Shown piece after piece: positions 32,202 to 42,039 of a DNA stretch of 64,000 nt (position 1 is its first letter; every line of letters begins with the position of its first letter). Source of the DNA: Aulosira sp. ZfuVER01 (GTDB lineage Bacteria > Cyanobacteriota > Cyanobacteriia > Cyanobacteriales > Nostocaceae). Under the pieces are notes generated by a model, which did not search any database, was not told where the DNA came from, and saw nothing but the letters and a program-made list of their open reading frames with translations. The translations under genes were made by a program, and so were the position numbers. The stretch is from the NCBI GenBank assembly GCA_034530615.2, contig JAVRCV020000019.1:71416-135415 (forward strand), in the 5' to 3' direction.

Positions 32202-32648
32202 TTAATGGATAAACAAGTGGCGGAATAATAGCATTTGCATCCATGCTCCAAAGGCTAAACCTGCTAATGCAAGAATAGATATCATCCAAAAAGCGTGCCA
32301 TTCCTTAAACCCAGCTGTTTGAAAGTCTATTCTCACCAAAATAGCCGCAGCAAAAATCAGCAAGGTGTCAAGAAACATCCGAAACCAAGCAAGCATTATA
32401 AAGAACAAGAAGGCTGCGAAAACTGCAAAGAAAAAAGACCTGGTACTTGATTTAAATAGGAGACTAGAAACATCTGTCATCCTAGTCCAAGGGATAGTTA
32501 AACTTCCTACAAAAAGTAAAATACCCAGTACCGTTACTGGCCAGACAAATATTGGGGCTTTCGTCTCGGCTATAACCCAGCCTAAAGTGCTGTAGCTAAA
32601 TAGTAATAGTGTCAGGGAAACCCAAGGAACTCGTTGCACAATCGACAT
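32202..32648 (-). CDS. membrane protein of unknown function
   Basis: 148-aa highly hydrophobic ORF. Confidence 0.75.
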   Translation of the reverse strand: MSIVQRVPWVSLTLLLFSYSTLGWVIAETKAPIFVWPVTVLGILLFVGSLTIPWTRMTDVSSLLFKSSTRSFFFAVFAAFLFFIMLAWFRMFLDTLLIFAAAILVRIDFQTAGFKEWHAFWMISILALAGLAFGAWMQMLLFRHLFIH

Positions 32649-33041
32649 GGGTTAGATTTTTGGTAGCAAATCAAGCCATAGTTCCACAAGTATATTGAGG
32701 TAACTAAAAGCTTTATTTTAGAGAGTAGGCGTATTTGCTGACGATCGTTTTCCCTTAGTCCCCTCCTTTATGCAGGAATGTCTTAGTTTGCGGGTCTAAG
32801 TGGATCGCAAAGTCAAGGAACGTCTAAAAGTCGATGGTATAGATTTTTAATCTAATGCCGTAGACTATAACTTTATCATCTTATATTTTCTAGCTTCTAG
32901 CAATCGTTGATTATGCTCTTGTGAAAATAGCGAAGCAAGTTTACAGAGAATTTGCAGACAAACTAGTTAAATTTTTTCTTAAACATTTGTAAACTGTTAG
33001 CAGCCGAGTAGCCGCGTGTCACATCTTGTTAAGGAATTATC

Positions 33042-33944
33042 ATGAGACAACTTGTTATTGTTGAGCGCGTATGCCTGATTGGTCATATCGTGTCGATGGT
33101 GTTTGGACTTGTAGGCATACTACTAGTCGTACCGAATGCTGAAGTAATTATGAACCTAACCGAGGTTGGGCAGACCGCCATGCAGTGGAGTATGGCTGGA
33201 GGCGGTGTGGTTTATATGATTTTGGGTGCGGCGGCTGTGTTTTTGTATGCCTACCGGACGTTAGGATTGGGTCGCGCATTGGCATTTATGCTGCCATCAG
33301 TGTTTATTTCCTTAGGAAGTGAATTATCGGGAACCAGCACTGGCTTTCCTTTTGGTCACTACAGTTACTTAAGTGGGCTGGGATATAAAATTGCAGGTTT
33401 AGTTCCATTCACAATTCCTTTGTCGTGGTTTTATGTGGGATGCGTTTCTTACTTGCTGGCGCGTGCTGGTTTAGAAGTAGACAAAAAACCCAGCTTGTGG
33501 CGTCATGTAGGTGCGATCGCCTTGGGTGCTTTATTATTAACTTCTTGGGATTTTGTGCTTGACCCCGCAATGAGCCAAACCTCTCTTCCCTTCTGGTATT
33601 GGCAACAACCAGGCCCATTCTTTGGGATGCCTTACCAAAACTTTGCTGGCTGGATGGGTACTGGATCGGTATTTATGACTGTGGCAGCATTGCTATGGAG
33701 AAACAACCCCATCAAATTAGAGCGATCGCAACTTAATGTACCTTTGGTAGTTTATTTAAGTAACTTTGGCTTCGCTACCGTGATGAGTTTAGCCGCAGGC
33801 TTCTCTATCCCTGTATTGCTGGGCTTGGTGCTAGGTGTAGCTCCGGCTGTGGCACTTTGGTGGCAAGGTGCAAATGGACAAGCTGTTGCGATGGAAGCAA
33901 CTCAAGAAATTTCCGTAGCAAAGGTCAAGGTTGCTTTGAAGTAG
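33042..33944 (+). CDS. cruF: carotenoid 1'-hydroxylase (gamma-carotene hydratase)
   Basis: GFPFGHYSY, WDFVLDPAM, GMPYQNFAGW motifs; directly upstream of a GT2 gene as in cruFG loci. Confidence 0.9.
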   Translation: MRQLVIVERVCLIGHIVSMVFGLVGILLVVPNAEVIMNLTEVGQTAMQWSMAGGGVVYMILGAAAVFLYAYRTLGLGRALAFMLPSVFISLGSELSGTSTGFPFGHYSYLSGLGYKIAGLVPFTIPLSWFYVGCVSYLLARAGLEVDKKPSLWRHVGAIALGALLLTSWDFVLDPAMSQTSLPFWYWQQPGPFFGMPYQNFAGWMGTGSVFMTVAALLWRNNPIKLERSQLNVPLVVYLSNFGFATVMSLAAGFSIPVLLGLVLGVAPAVALWWQGANGQAVAMEATQEISVAKVKVALK

Positions 33945-34126
33945 AACAGAGAACAGGGGACAACGGGGACATGGAGGACAAGGGGGACAAGGAAGCAGAG
34001 GAATAGAGGAGAAATAACTAATGACTCTTGACCCTTTACCCTTGACCAATGCCCCATCCCCAATGCCCCATCCCCAATGCCCCATTCCAAATTTAAGAAC
34101 AAAATATTTTTACACTGGATGATGCT

Positions 34127-35302
34127 TTGATATCAGTTAGCGCTCTATCAGTTTTATTACTATTACTTCAATTACCAGCAACAGCGATTTTACTTTCACG
34201 CTTGGTAAAGGGGCCAAGACGGCATCCACCAATTCAACCTCAACAGCCCACGCCAGATATTTTGGGTAGCGTTAGCGTTGTGGTTCCTACACTCAATGAG
34301 GCTTTGCGTATTAGCCCACTGTTAGCTGGCTTAAGTCAGCAAAGTTATGAACTTCGGGAAGCGATTGTTGTAGACAGCAGATCTCAGGATGGGACACCTG
34401 AATTAGTCAAAGCAGCCCAACAGCAAGATCCTCGGTTTCGCTTATTTACAGATGACCCTTTACCATCTGGTTGGGTGGGTCGTCCTTGGGCTTTACATAA
34501 TGGCTTTTTGCAGACTGCTACAGATAGTCAATGGTTTTTAGGAATGGATGCCGATACCGTACCTCATCCTGGTTTGGTGGCTAGTTTGGTGCAGACAGCC
34601 GAAGCAGAAGGTTATGATTTGGTATCGCTTTCACCTCAATTCATTCTCAAATATCCAGGAGAATGTTGGCTACAACCGGCATTGTTAATGACTCTGCTTT
34701 ACCGATTCGATCCGGCGGGTGTCAACACAGAACAGCCAGAACGAGTCATGGCTAATGGGCAGTGCTATTTATGCCGTCGTTCAGTTTTAGCTGCTGTGGA
34801 TGGTTATACCAGTGCTAGTAGTTCTTTTTGTGATGATGTCACCTTAGCCCGGTATATTGCGGCTCAAGGCTTTAAGGTAGGCTTTTTAGATGGGGCGAAG
34901 GTGCTAAAGGTACGGATGTATGAGGGAGCCATAGAGACATGGAAAGAATGGGGACGTAGCCTCGACCTAAAAGATGCATCTCCCCGTGCTCAGATTTGGG
35001 GAGATTTATGGCTACTCTCAGCAGTACAAGGTTTACCCCTGCCAATTGTACTGAGTTATTTGTTGCTTGCGCCCCAATTAGCCCCGCTCCTCCTACAACT
35101 GTTGTTGGGGCTAAATGTATTTCTGCTAGCGATTCGCTTTGCCATGCTATTAGCGATCGCACCTTCTTACGATCGCACAACTGCTAAAGGTGGCTGGTTA
35201 TTCTGGCTTTCACCTCTAGCCGATCCGATAGCTGTGTTGCGAATCTTCCTATCTGCTTTCCGCACTCCACGGGAATGGCGGGGGAGAAAGTATAGTCAAT
35301 AG
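34127..35302 (+). CDS. cruG: carotenoid 2'-O-glycosyltransferase (GT2)
   Basis: VVVPTLNE, GWVGRPWA, DAD, ANGQC, DDV, VRMY motifs; follows cruF. Confidence 0.88.
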   Translation: MISVSALSVLLLLLQLPATAILLSRLVKGPRRHPPIQPQQPTPDILGSVSVVVPTLNEALRISPLLAGLSQQSYELREAIVVDSRSQDGTPELVKAAQQQDPRFRLFTDDPLPSGWVGRPWALHNGFLQTATDSQWFLGMDADTVPHPGLVASLVQTAEAEGYDLVSLSPQFILKYPGECWLQPALLMTLLYRFDPAGVNTEQPERVMANGQCYLCRRSVLAAVDGYTSASSSFCDDVTLARYIAAQGFKVGFLDGAKVLKVRMYEGAIETWKEWGRSLDLKDASPRAQIWGDLWLLSAVQGLPLPIVLSYLLLAPQLAPLLLQLLLGLNVFLLAIRFAMLLAIAPSYDRTTAKGGWLFWLSPLADPIAVLRIFLSAFRTPREWRGRKYSQ

Positions 35303-35304
35303 TC

Positions 35305-35375
35305 ATTGGGTATTGGGCATGGGGCATTGGGCATTGGGCATTGGGCATGGGGCATTGGGCATTGGGCATTGGGCA
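35305..35375. repeat. STRR-type heptamer tandem repeat (GGGCATT)n
   Basis: Tandem GGGCATT/GGGCATG units visible; a related tract lies at ~34045-34090 on the other strand. Confidence 0.88.
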
Positions 35376-35467
35376 AGAGTCAATAGTTATTTCTCCCTTG
35401 TCTCTTTTGTCTCCCTTGTCTCCCCACACTCCCCACCCTCCCCACACTTCGTGTTGCGTCAGTCCAA

Positions 35468-36373
35468 TTACTCCTCCTCTCCTCCAACCTGATCGCCGCG
35501 TTCCAGTTCCCAGAGAATTTGATTACCTTCACGACGTACCCGTGAGACGATCCAGTTGCGCCAGCGCCATTGATCGCCGCGACTGGTGACGGCGCTAGCG
35601 TGAACATCCATGAGGTCAGCGAGTTCGGAACTGGTGATTAAGTAGCCTTTGGTGGCAATTTCGTCAGCAATGCGTAGCGTTTCTACTAGGTCGCGCAGTT
35701 GTGCCACTCTCATCTCAGGCGGCTTATTATCAATCGAGGAAGTAGAGTTTGTGATAGTTGGCTCCATAGTGGTTAGATGTGATGCAAGAGTACTGAGTTC
35801 TTGTTGCCTTGTGTCAATTATTGTAGAGGTTGCTGTATATTCAGTGACTTCTGCTACATTCAATTCATTAATTTGTGGTAAAGATTGATCCGCATCTGTC
35901 AGAGAAGATTGCTTGAGAGATGGTACTTTGCCACTAGCAAAAGTACGCGCAATTACATCGCAGCGCTCGTTACCTACGTTACCAGAATGACCCCGAACAT
36001 ATTCCCACTTTACTGTATGGCTATTAAGTTCGTCTAAAGTTTCTAAAAGGTCTTGGTTTTGCACGGGTTTACCATCGGCTTTTTTCCAGCCTTTCTTTTT
36101 CCAACCTTTGATCCACTTGGTAATGGAGTTGATTAAGTATTCGCTATCGGTATAAAGGGTGATTGGTTGAGTTTGTCCAGATGTTTGCAGAAATTGCAGA
36201 GCTGCGATCGCCGCTTGCATTTCCATTTTATTGTTGGTGGTATGGGAGGATGCACCGCCTATTTCGTGAACTGAGCCATCACTAAAGTAGACGACAACAC
36301 CCCAACCTCCCGGGCCAGGGTTTCCCGTGCAAGCGCCATCAGTGTATATGCTTTGGATTGTGCGTTGGGACAT
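35468..36373 (-). CDS. rnhA: ribonuclease HI with C-terminal extension
   Basis: YTDGACTGNPGPGGWG, TNNKME, TDSEY, VRGHSG..GNERCD; additional ~140 aa C-terminal. Confidence 0.93.
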   Translation of the reverse strand: MSQRTIQSIYTDGACTGNPGPGGWGVVVYFSDGSVHEIGGASSHTTNNKMEMQAAIAALQFLQTSGQTQPITLYTDSEYLINSITKWIKGWKKKGWKKADGKPVQNQDLLETLDELNSHTVKWEYVRGHSGNVGNERCDVIARTFASGKVPSLKQSSLTDADQSLPQINELNVAEVTEYTATSTIIDTRQQELSTLASHLTTMEPTITNSTSSIDNKPPEMRVAQLRDLVETLRIADEIATKGYLITSSELADLMDVHASAVTSRGDQWRWRNWIVSRVRREGNQILWELERGDQVGGEEE

Positions 36374-36405
36374 GGTAAACGAACCGCGTTGGTACATTCA
36401 GTAAT

Positions 36406-36513
36406 TTAGCGGCGAAAGATGCGAAGAACTATATATGTTAGCGAAAGAAAAATCAAGTCTTAGCGGCGAAGGCGACTAAGAATCATATATGTTAGCCAAG
36501 CAAAAATCAAGCC
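36406..36513 (-). repeat. diverged 54-bp tandem duplicate of the 3' end of the 483-aa gene
   Basis: 36406-36459 vs 36460-36513: 43/54 identical by hand alignment, both end CGCCGCTAA. Confidence 0.85.
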
Positions 36514-37911
36514 TATAACCAAACTCCAAACAAAGGCTTCGGCTCGGTAAGCGAGAGGATTTTTGTCATTCGGGGGTTGTGCCAGGATAACAGCAGAAGC
36601 AATTTGACTAGTTGCTAGCCCGATACCTGCGATCGCTATTGTAGTGTTGAGAGTGCGATCGCTTTTGGTTTGCTCTAGGTCGATTATCCCCTGGATAGTG
36701 CTGTTGAGGTTTTGCAACATAGTTAAGCCAGGACTGAGGTTTGCTAAGTCTGCTTTTATTTGGCTTTGATATTTTGGTGCATAAACTTCACCCTCACTGA
36801 ATTTCTTGAGAAATTCTAAGTCGCTACCGGGATATTTCGCCTGGATATCAGCTAAACGATAGCGATAATTTGTGAGGTTTAATTCAATAGTGCGGCTTTG
36901 ATTTTCGAGATAGTTTAAAGCTACAGAATAGTCTGATAGATTAATTAAGTTAGTTGTCAAGGTATTTTGTAACTCGTTTAACTTTAAGCTATTATTTTGC
37001 AGCCGCCTCGGTAATTCAGTTGTTTGTTTAATAGATGGTTGAATTTCTACATATTCTCTTTTGAGTATATGTTTTTGATAGCGACTTTGATAATATGACC
37101 AAACTACCTTATGGCGGTATTGCCATAACCGCATAAAATCGTAATAGAGATTTCTTACCTGTTCTCTCATTTCATCTGGTGTGATATTTTCGGGAAACAA
37201 CCAGATTAAGAGATGATAACTTGATTCTCTAAACTTATCCCAGAATTCTTTACCTTCTCCTGCTAAATTTTGGGGACAATACCACAACTCAAAAATTGTT
37301 CCGGCTGCTAGCTTACCCTTACCAATAAAATCTCGCTGCCAATTATAATCGCTAACAATTTGAGTGTAACATTGTTTGGCTATATCCTCGATTTCTGTCT
37401 CAGTTTTAGTACTGGTTAGCTTGCCCCAAAGTAACCAAGTTTGACCAATTGTACCTGTTTGCTGAGATAGTCGGTTAGTAATTTCTTGTTTGAGTTTGCT
37501 AAAAGGTTCGCTGTCGATATCTTGTACAGCATCATTTGGTTTACCATTAGCATCTAATTTGCCAGAAAAGTTAACTTGTAACCCGTAGGTATCATCTAGT
37601 TGCAGGGGATAGTAATAACCATCTAGCGATGCGGAAAATTCTTTAAAATTTCTAGTTCTGGCTTTTCCCAACAATTCAACTACATCTGCTCGACTATCTT
37701 TATACTTCAGGAATTCTCTCTGCTTCTCCAAGAATTCTATGGGTTGCTCTTGCAAGTTAGCTTTATATAAATCACCATATATTTTGCGGCAAAAATCTTG
37801 GCAGTTACTACTGATTTTTTGCTCATCTTCCCCTAAACCATCTCGGATGTCATAGAGGAATAAATTAATACTAGGATAAATAATATTCTCAGCCATTTGC
37901 TGTTCTGCCAA
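36460..37911 (-). CDS. hypothetical protein: soluble N-domain, long helices, two C-terminal TM segments
   Basis: 483 aa; helical LNELQNTL..IIDLEQTKSDRTLN followed by TIAIAGIGLATSQIASAVIL and AFVWSLVIGLIFAWLTYMIL. Confidence 0.8.
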   Translation of the reverse strand: MAEQQMAENIIYPSINLFLYDIRDGLGEDEQKISSNCQDFCRKIYGDLYKANLQEQPIEFLEKQREFLKYKDSRADVVELLGKARTRNFKEFSASLDGYYYPLQLDDTYGLQVNFSGKLDANGKPNDAVQDIDSEPFSKLKQEITNRLSQQTGTIGQTWLLWGKLTSTKTETEIEDIAKQCYTQIVSDYNWQRDFIGKGKLAAGTIFELWYCPQNLAGEGKEFWDKFRESSYHLLIWLFPENITPDEMREQVRNLYYDFMRLWQYRHKVVWSYYQSRYQKHILKREYVEIQPSIKQTTELPRRLQNNSLKLNELQNTLTTNLINLSDYSVALNYLENQSRTIELNLTNYRYRLADIQAKYPGSDLEFLKKFSEGEVYAPKYQSQIKADLANLSPGLTMLQNLNSTIQGIIDLEQTKSDRTLNTTIAIAGIGLATSQIASAVILAQPPNDKNPLAYRAEAFVWSLVIGLIFAWLTYMILSRLRR

Positions 37912-38290
37912 TAATAAAGTTCCGCATCTTTTGTAAGAGATTGGGTGTTACAGCTTTCTTAGCAGCAGCTACCGAATCATCGTTACTAAAAGAGTTAATT
38001 GCTGCGTTAGTCAATTCTTTAGTTGGTTCTTCTGGTAGCGGTAGAGGTTCTAATCCTTTACTACGTTCGCCAATGTTGCGATCGATTTCTGCTAGTTCTG
38101 CTTGATAAATATTATCTAAGGGTGGGTAACTCTCAGCAATCTTATCCAAGTTGCCAATGTTGTTGGCGTCATGGGTGAGTAATTTACCAATATCGTTTAG
38201 TTGGATTTGGATGTTATTTGGTAGAGGTTCGTCTAATTTTGTCAGAGCTGTAATAAAGGCTGTAAGGGTAATTAAATCGTTAGGTTTCAT
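37889..38290 (-). CDS. small helical hypothetical protein
   Basis: Start placed at ATG 38290 (MKPNDLITLTAFITAL); overlaps the start of the downstream gene. Confidence 0.75.
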   Translation of the reverse strand: MKPNDLITLTAFITALTKLDEPLPNNIQIQLNDIGKLLTHDANNIGNLDKIAESYPPLDNIYQAELAEIDRNIGERSKGLEPLPLPEEPTKELTNAAINSFSNDDSVAAAKKAVTPNLLQKMRNFIIGRTANG

Positions 38291-38372
38291 AGAGGTAATT
38301 CTTGTGGGGTTATTCAATTGTGGCAAATCATTCTGAGAAATGATATACATCACTTATTCGCTACGTTGTCAA

Positions 38373-38492
38373 CCCGCCCTGAACTAAAGTTCGGGCTAAT
38401 AGCTGAAGTCCACTCAAGTGGACTGAAATCTTTGTGCTGAGTCTACTTCAGTAGACTTGAGCTATTAGCCTTGGAATTAATTCCAAGGCGGG
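38373..38492. repeat. four-hairpin palindromic dispersed repeat
   Basis: CCCGCC..GGCGGG ends, GCTAATAGCT/AGCTATTAGC, AGTCCACT-AGTGGACT, AGTCTACT-AGTAGACT; similar to the cargo at ~31996-32120. Confidence 0.8.
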
Positions 38493-38593
38493 ATAGGAGC
38501 GAAGCAGGAGATTTAAAAGATGTGGGTAACGACAAGGCTTTCAGCCTGATAAATTTAACGATAAGCTTTACATAAAAATACTATTACAATTTA

Positions 38594-41500
38594 TCAATTC
38601 AATCCGCCTGTAATGATAAAACCTGCCCAATAATATGGATGTTCAAAACGCTTTTGCTTCTTACTTGATACCTCCATTGCACTTATTTGATTTAGCTTTC
38701 TTCTAATAAAAGGGCGAATAACAGTTTCATCTGATGGCAATTTAGCAAAGATTACTCGATAAATCCTTTCAAGTTTCCTAAATGTTAAATTACGTAACCA
38801 TTTGGCTGCTCGATTGAGGGCGATGACTGGCGATTTACCTTTTTTTATTTGCCAGTAAAAGTAAATCATCAAAAAACTGCTCGCCTCATCAGTTACACTC
38901 CATAACGTGCTAACAACATCTGTCACACCTTGAGCAAGAAAAGCACTGACTAAACCTGCATATTCGGCGGTGATTGTTTGGTTGCCAGTAATTGCAGTTT
39001 CACAAGATGAAAGGCTAACTAGTTGATATGTGCTGAGATTCTCAATATTGCAAATCTCCTCCAAGGTGAGAAAATCTTCACCGCTAAGAGCTAAAGCAGA
39101 TTCTTTGGGATTATGGAAATTATAAGTGCTGTGTCCTGTAAAGTGAAATACGTTATAACCGTCTTTTAAAGATGCTTTAACTGCTGTATTTGTCGCATCT
39201 TTCCCAGAAATTTGTAGCGTTTTTGGATTGTTAAATAGCTGGGTAATGACAGCAGATTCTAGAACTGCATGAGGTAACTGTGGCAAATCTTTACTGTTGG
39301 GATATTCTACACTCAGTAAAGGTAGTTCGTGAATTTTACCTAAGTTTGTTTGCCGCAATTTTTGTAAGTTAATACCAATTTGGGCGCTGGGTAAATAGCT
39401 GATGGTAAATTCTGGGGGAAATAGCGCTTGGAGAGGAAAGCGGTGTAAGTCGCGGTGAGGAATTAGAATTAGCTGGGTAATATCTGAGATTTGGGAGACA
39501 ACAGCGTTGATATCGAGAATATTACCCAGTTCATCAAGTATGGTGGGTAACTTGTCGCGCCAAGTTTTTGCGTCTTCACTCTGCTTGCCTTTACCTTTGT
39601 GATAATTGGCGTATTCTTGATTCCAATTTTTCACCCAGCTTTCAAAGTCGCGTAAGCGTTGCACTGGACTCAGAAGAGTTTCTGCCAAGACAATGGGTGA
39701 TGGGGCGTTGTGCTTGACGATGAAAGTATGTAAAGCGGCTGGGCTTAGATGCCAATAAACTATGGCAGTATTAGGATTGAGTAGTTGTTTCATCTCCAGC
39801 CATTTGGGAGAATCATCACTCCACCCATCCAGCAGCCAAGACAAGCAAGCATTTTTTCCCTGCTCTGCTAATTCCAACGCAGCACACCAGTTTCCTGACT
39901 GAACTGCTAAATCAACAGTAAACTGCTGAAAACCTGCAAACTTCAAAGCTAACTGCTTTTTCTTAGTAGGACTTTTGCACTCATCCAGTAACCGCTGTAA
40001 AACATCTGTTCCTCGTCGCTCTATTTCTTCAGCTTTGGCTGTTTCTCCCAAATCCAACTGAACGCGAATTAGATCGCGCAAAATATCCAGATGCAACTCA
40101 GGAAAATCTTCTGCTGTGAGGGTTTTTAGTGCCTCATTGTAGCTTTTAACAGCTTTGTACCAATAGTTGCGGGGATGAGAATCTCCTCTCCCTCGAAGGT
40201 AGTGAGTATTACCCATTTGTTGATTCAAGATACCCCAACCTTCTGGATGCGTGTCTTGCTGACAATACTTCAAACCTTCTTCAAAGCTTGCTAGCGCTCC
40301 ATTATAACCACGCTGGTTAAGGGCGGGATTTTGTTTGGCAATAGCACTCAAAGAACTCAATAGAGGATCGCAAATTATTGAATCCATTGCAGCAAAAGCC
40401 CTATTTTGCCAAGGATGATGGTAGTCGAGCTTGATTTCTAAGGTTTTATCGTAGGATGCGATCGCTTCTTCATCTCGGTTTAAGCCACGTAAAGCTATTC
40501 CTCGCTTATTCCAAGTTTCGTAATATTTTTCAAACTCACATTCAAGTTTTAGTGCTTCGTTGCAAGATGCAAGGGCTTCTTCATACCGCCTTGAGTTATT
40601 CAATGCTTCGGCCCTGTTAATCCAAGCTTCGCAAAAATCAGATTTCAGTTTTATAGCCTTGTCAAAAGAAATTACTGCTTTTTCATATTGCTGCAAATAA
40701 TCACATTGCACACTACCCAACCAATTCCAACCTTGGTAATAGTCAGGTTTAATTCTTATTGCTTCTTCACAAGATGCAACAGCTTCTTCGATTAGACCCA
40801 AGCTGATTAAGGCTTCGGCTTTAAAAAACCAAGCATCAGGTAAATACTGAAAATTCAATTTAGATTCTATAGCTTTTTCAAAAGATGTAACTGCCTCTTT
40901 ACAATCCCCAGCCTGGTATTGCTGAAAGCCTTGGAAAAAATATGCTAGTGCATCATTATTCTTCAAGCGTCGAATAACATACGGTTGTGTATCAGCATTT
41001 GTCAATTCATCACCAGCTACTTGATTCATTAGCGCCTTCATAATTACTTGTGGATCACTTGTCTCAATTCCTAGCTGTTGAGCAATTTGCTGGACTAAAT
41101 TGACATCTTGCTGCATCATCACCAACAACTCATCCGACGTAACAATTACTTCTTCCCCAATTTTTCCTTCCTTAGAGTCTTTAGCGTCTTGACGGTTTAT
41201 TTCTTCCTCTCGCTTCAACAATCGCCTACCGATATCATCAGCAATAACACTAACATCACCAACAGCCAATTCACCTAGCCGCACCATCGCCTGTGCTAAC
41301 TCATCATTTGCTATAGCTGAAGCTAGCAACCTTTCACCAAAGCCACGCAACCACTCCACCAAATTCGCCTGATTAATGCGTTTGCTATCCAAAAAACCTT
41401 TTACCCGTCCCCGACTCCAGTCTTGATCGTTAACTCCCGCCAACAACTGGAGAAATAACGATTGATACTCCGTATCTGTCAATTGTCTGCGTATTTCTCC

Positions 41501-41605
41501 TGTCTCCTGTGCTGCTAATGGTGGAGAAACATTCTTTTTTCTGCCAAATAATTGCTGAATCAACTCTTTGAACCATCGCCAAAGCCGCTTGAGCATCTGC
41601 CGCAA
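38594..41605 (-). CDS. TPR-CHAT domain protein (caspase-like protease)
   Basis: Multiple TPRs; LILIPH, FHFTGH (His), LSSCET (Cys), VVSTLWSV, HPYYWAGF; GTG/TTG start uncertain. Confidence 0.92.
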   Translation of the reverse strand: MRQMLKRLWRWFKELIQQLFGRKKNVSPPLAAQETGEIRRQLTDTEYQSLFLQLLAGVNDQDWSRGRVKGFLDSKRINQANLVEWLRGFGERLLASAIANDELAQAMVRLGELAVGDVSVIADDIGRRLLKREEEINRQDAKDSKEGKIGEEVIVTSDELLVMMQQDVNLVQQIAQQLGIETSDPQVIMKALMNQVAGDELTNADTQPYVIRRLKNNDALAYFFQGFQQYQAGDCKEAVTSFEKAIESKLNFQYLPDAWFFKAEALISLGLIEEAVASCEEAIRIKPDYYQGWNWLGSVQCDYLQQYEKAVISFDKAIKLKSDFCEAWINRAEALNNSRRYEEALASCNEALKLECEFEKYYETWNKRGIALRGLNRDEEAIASYDKTLEIKLDYHHPWQNRAFAAMDSIICDPLLSSLSAIAKQNPALNQRGYNGALASFEEGLKYCQQDTHPEGWGILNQQMGNTHYLRGRGDSHPRNYWYKAVKSYNEALKTLTAEDFPELHLDILRDLIRVQLDLGETAKAEEIERRGTDVLQRLLDECKSPTKKKQLALKFAGFQQFTVDLAVQSGNWCAALELAEQGKNACLSWLLDGWSDDSPKWLEMKQLLNPNTAIVYWHLSPAALHTFIVKHNAPSPIVLAETLLSPVQRLRDFESWVKNWNQEYANYHKGKGKQSEDAKTWRDKLPTILDELGNILDINAVVSQISDITQLILIPHRDLHRFPLQALFPPEFTISYLPSAQIGINLQKLRQTNLGKIHELPLLSVEYPNSKDLPQLPHAVLESAVITQLFNNPKTLQISGKDATNTAVKASLKDGYNVFHFTGHSTYNFHNPKESALALSGEDFLTLEEICNIENLSTYQLVSLSSCETAITGNQTITAEYAGLVSAFLAQGVTDVVSTLWSVTDEASSFLMIYFYWQIKKGKSPVIALNRAAKWLRNLTFRKLERIYRVIFAKLPSDETVIRPFIRRKLNQISAMEVSSKKQKRFEHPYYWAGFIITGGLN

Positions 41606-41687
41606 CCTTGTATCGCTTTTATCAAAATATTGTACTTCAGCAAATTGACTGAAATAATCATGTCTTCACAAAAACACGTTGATCACA

Positions 41688-41981
41688 AATGCGATCGCAT
41701 TCTCAATGAATGAGTACTCGTTGATAGACAATCCGATCTCGTTGGTCAGCAATGAGTTAAGGTTCTCTATGGATGAGTACTCGTTGATAGACAACCCGAT
41801 CTCGTTGGTCAGCAATGAGTTAAGGTTCTCTATGGATGAGTACTCGTTGATAGACAACCCGATCTCGTTGGTCAGCAATGGGTTAAGGTTCTCTAAGGAT
41901 GAGTACTCGTTGATAAACAACCCGATCTCGTTGGTTATGAATGCGATCGCGTTCTCTATGAATGAGTCCTTGTTGGTAACT
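41688..41981. repeat. tandem array of ~14 x 21-bp units with 63-bp higher-order period
   Basis: Units cycle GATGAGTACTCGTTGATAGAC / AACCCGATCTCGTTGGTCAGC / AATGAGTTAAGGTTCTCTATG. Confidence 0.92.
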
Positions 41982-42039
41982 AACTTCTGCCATCTGCCCT
42001 CTGCCTTTCTTTGTAAGCGGATTGCGATCGCACTCATGG

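Noticed and set aside
9710..35302. gmd + crtR + cruF/cruG as a myxol-glycoside gene cluster
   Set aside because: Spread over 25 kb among unrelated genes; gmd sits in a Wzm/Wzt polysaccharide context.
36406..36513. Possible DGR template/variable repeat pair
   Set aside because: The 11 mismatches are not adenine-specific, the repeat is short, and no reverse transcriptase is in the window.
41688..41981. Possible CRISPR array
   Set aside because: No unique spacers; all sequence between units is itself repeated, and no cas genes are in the window.
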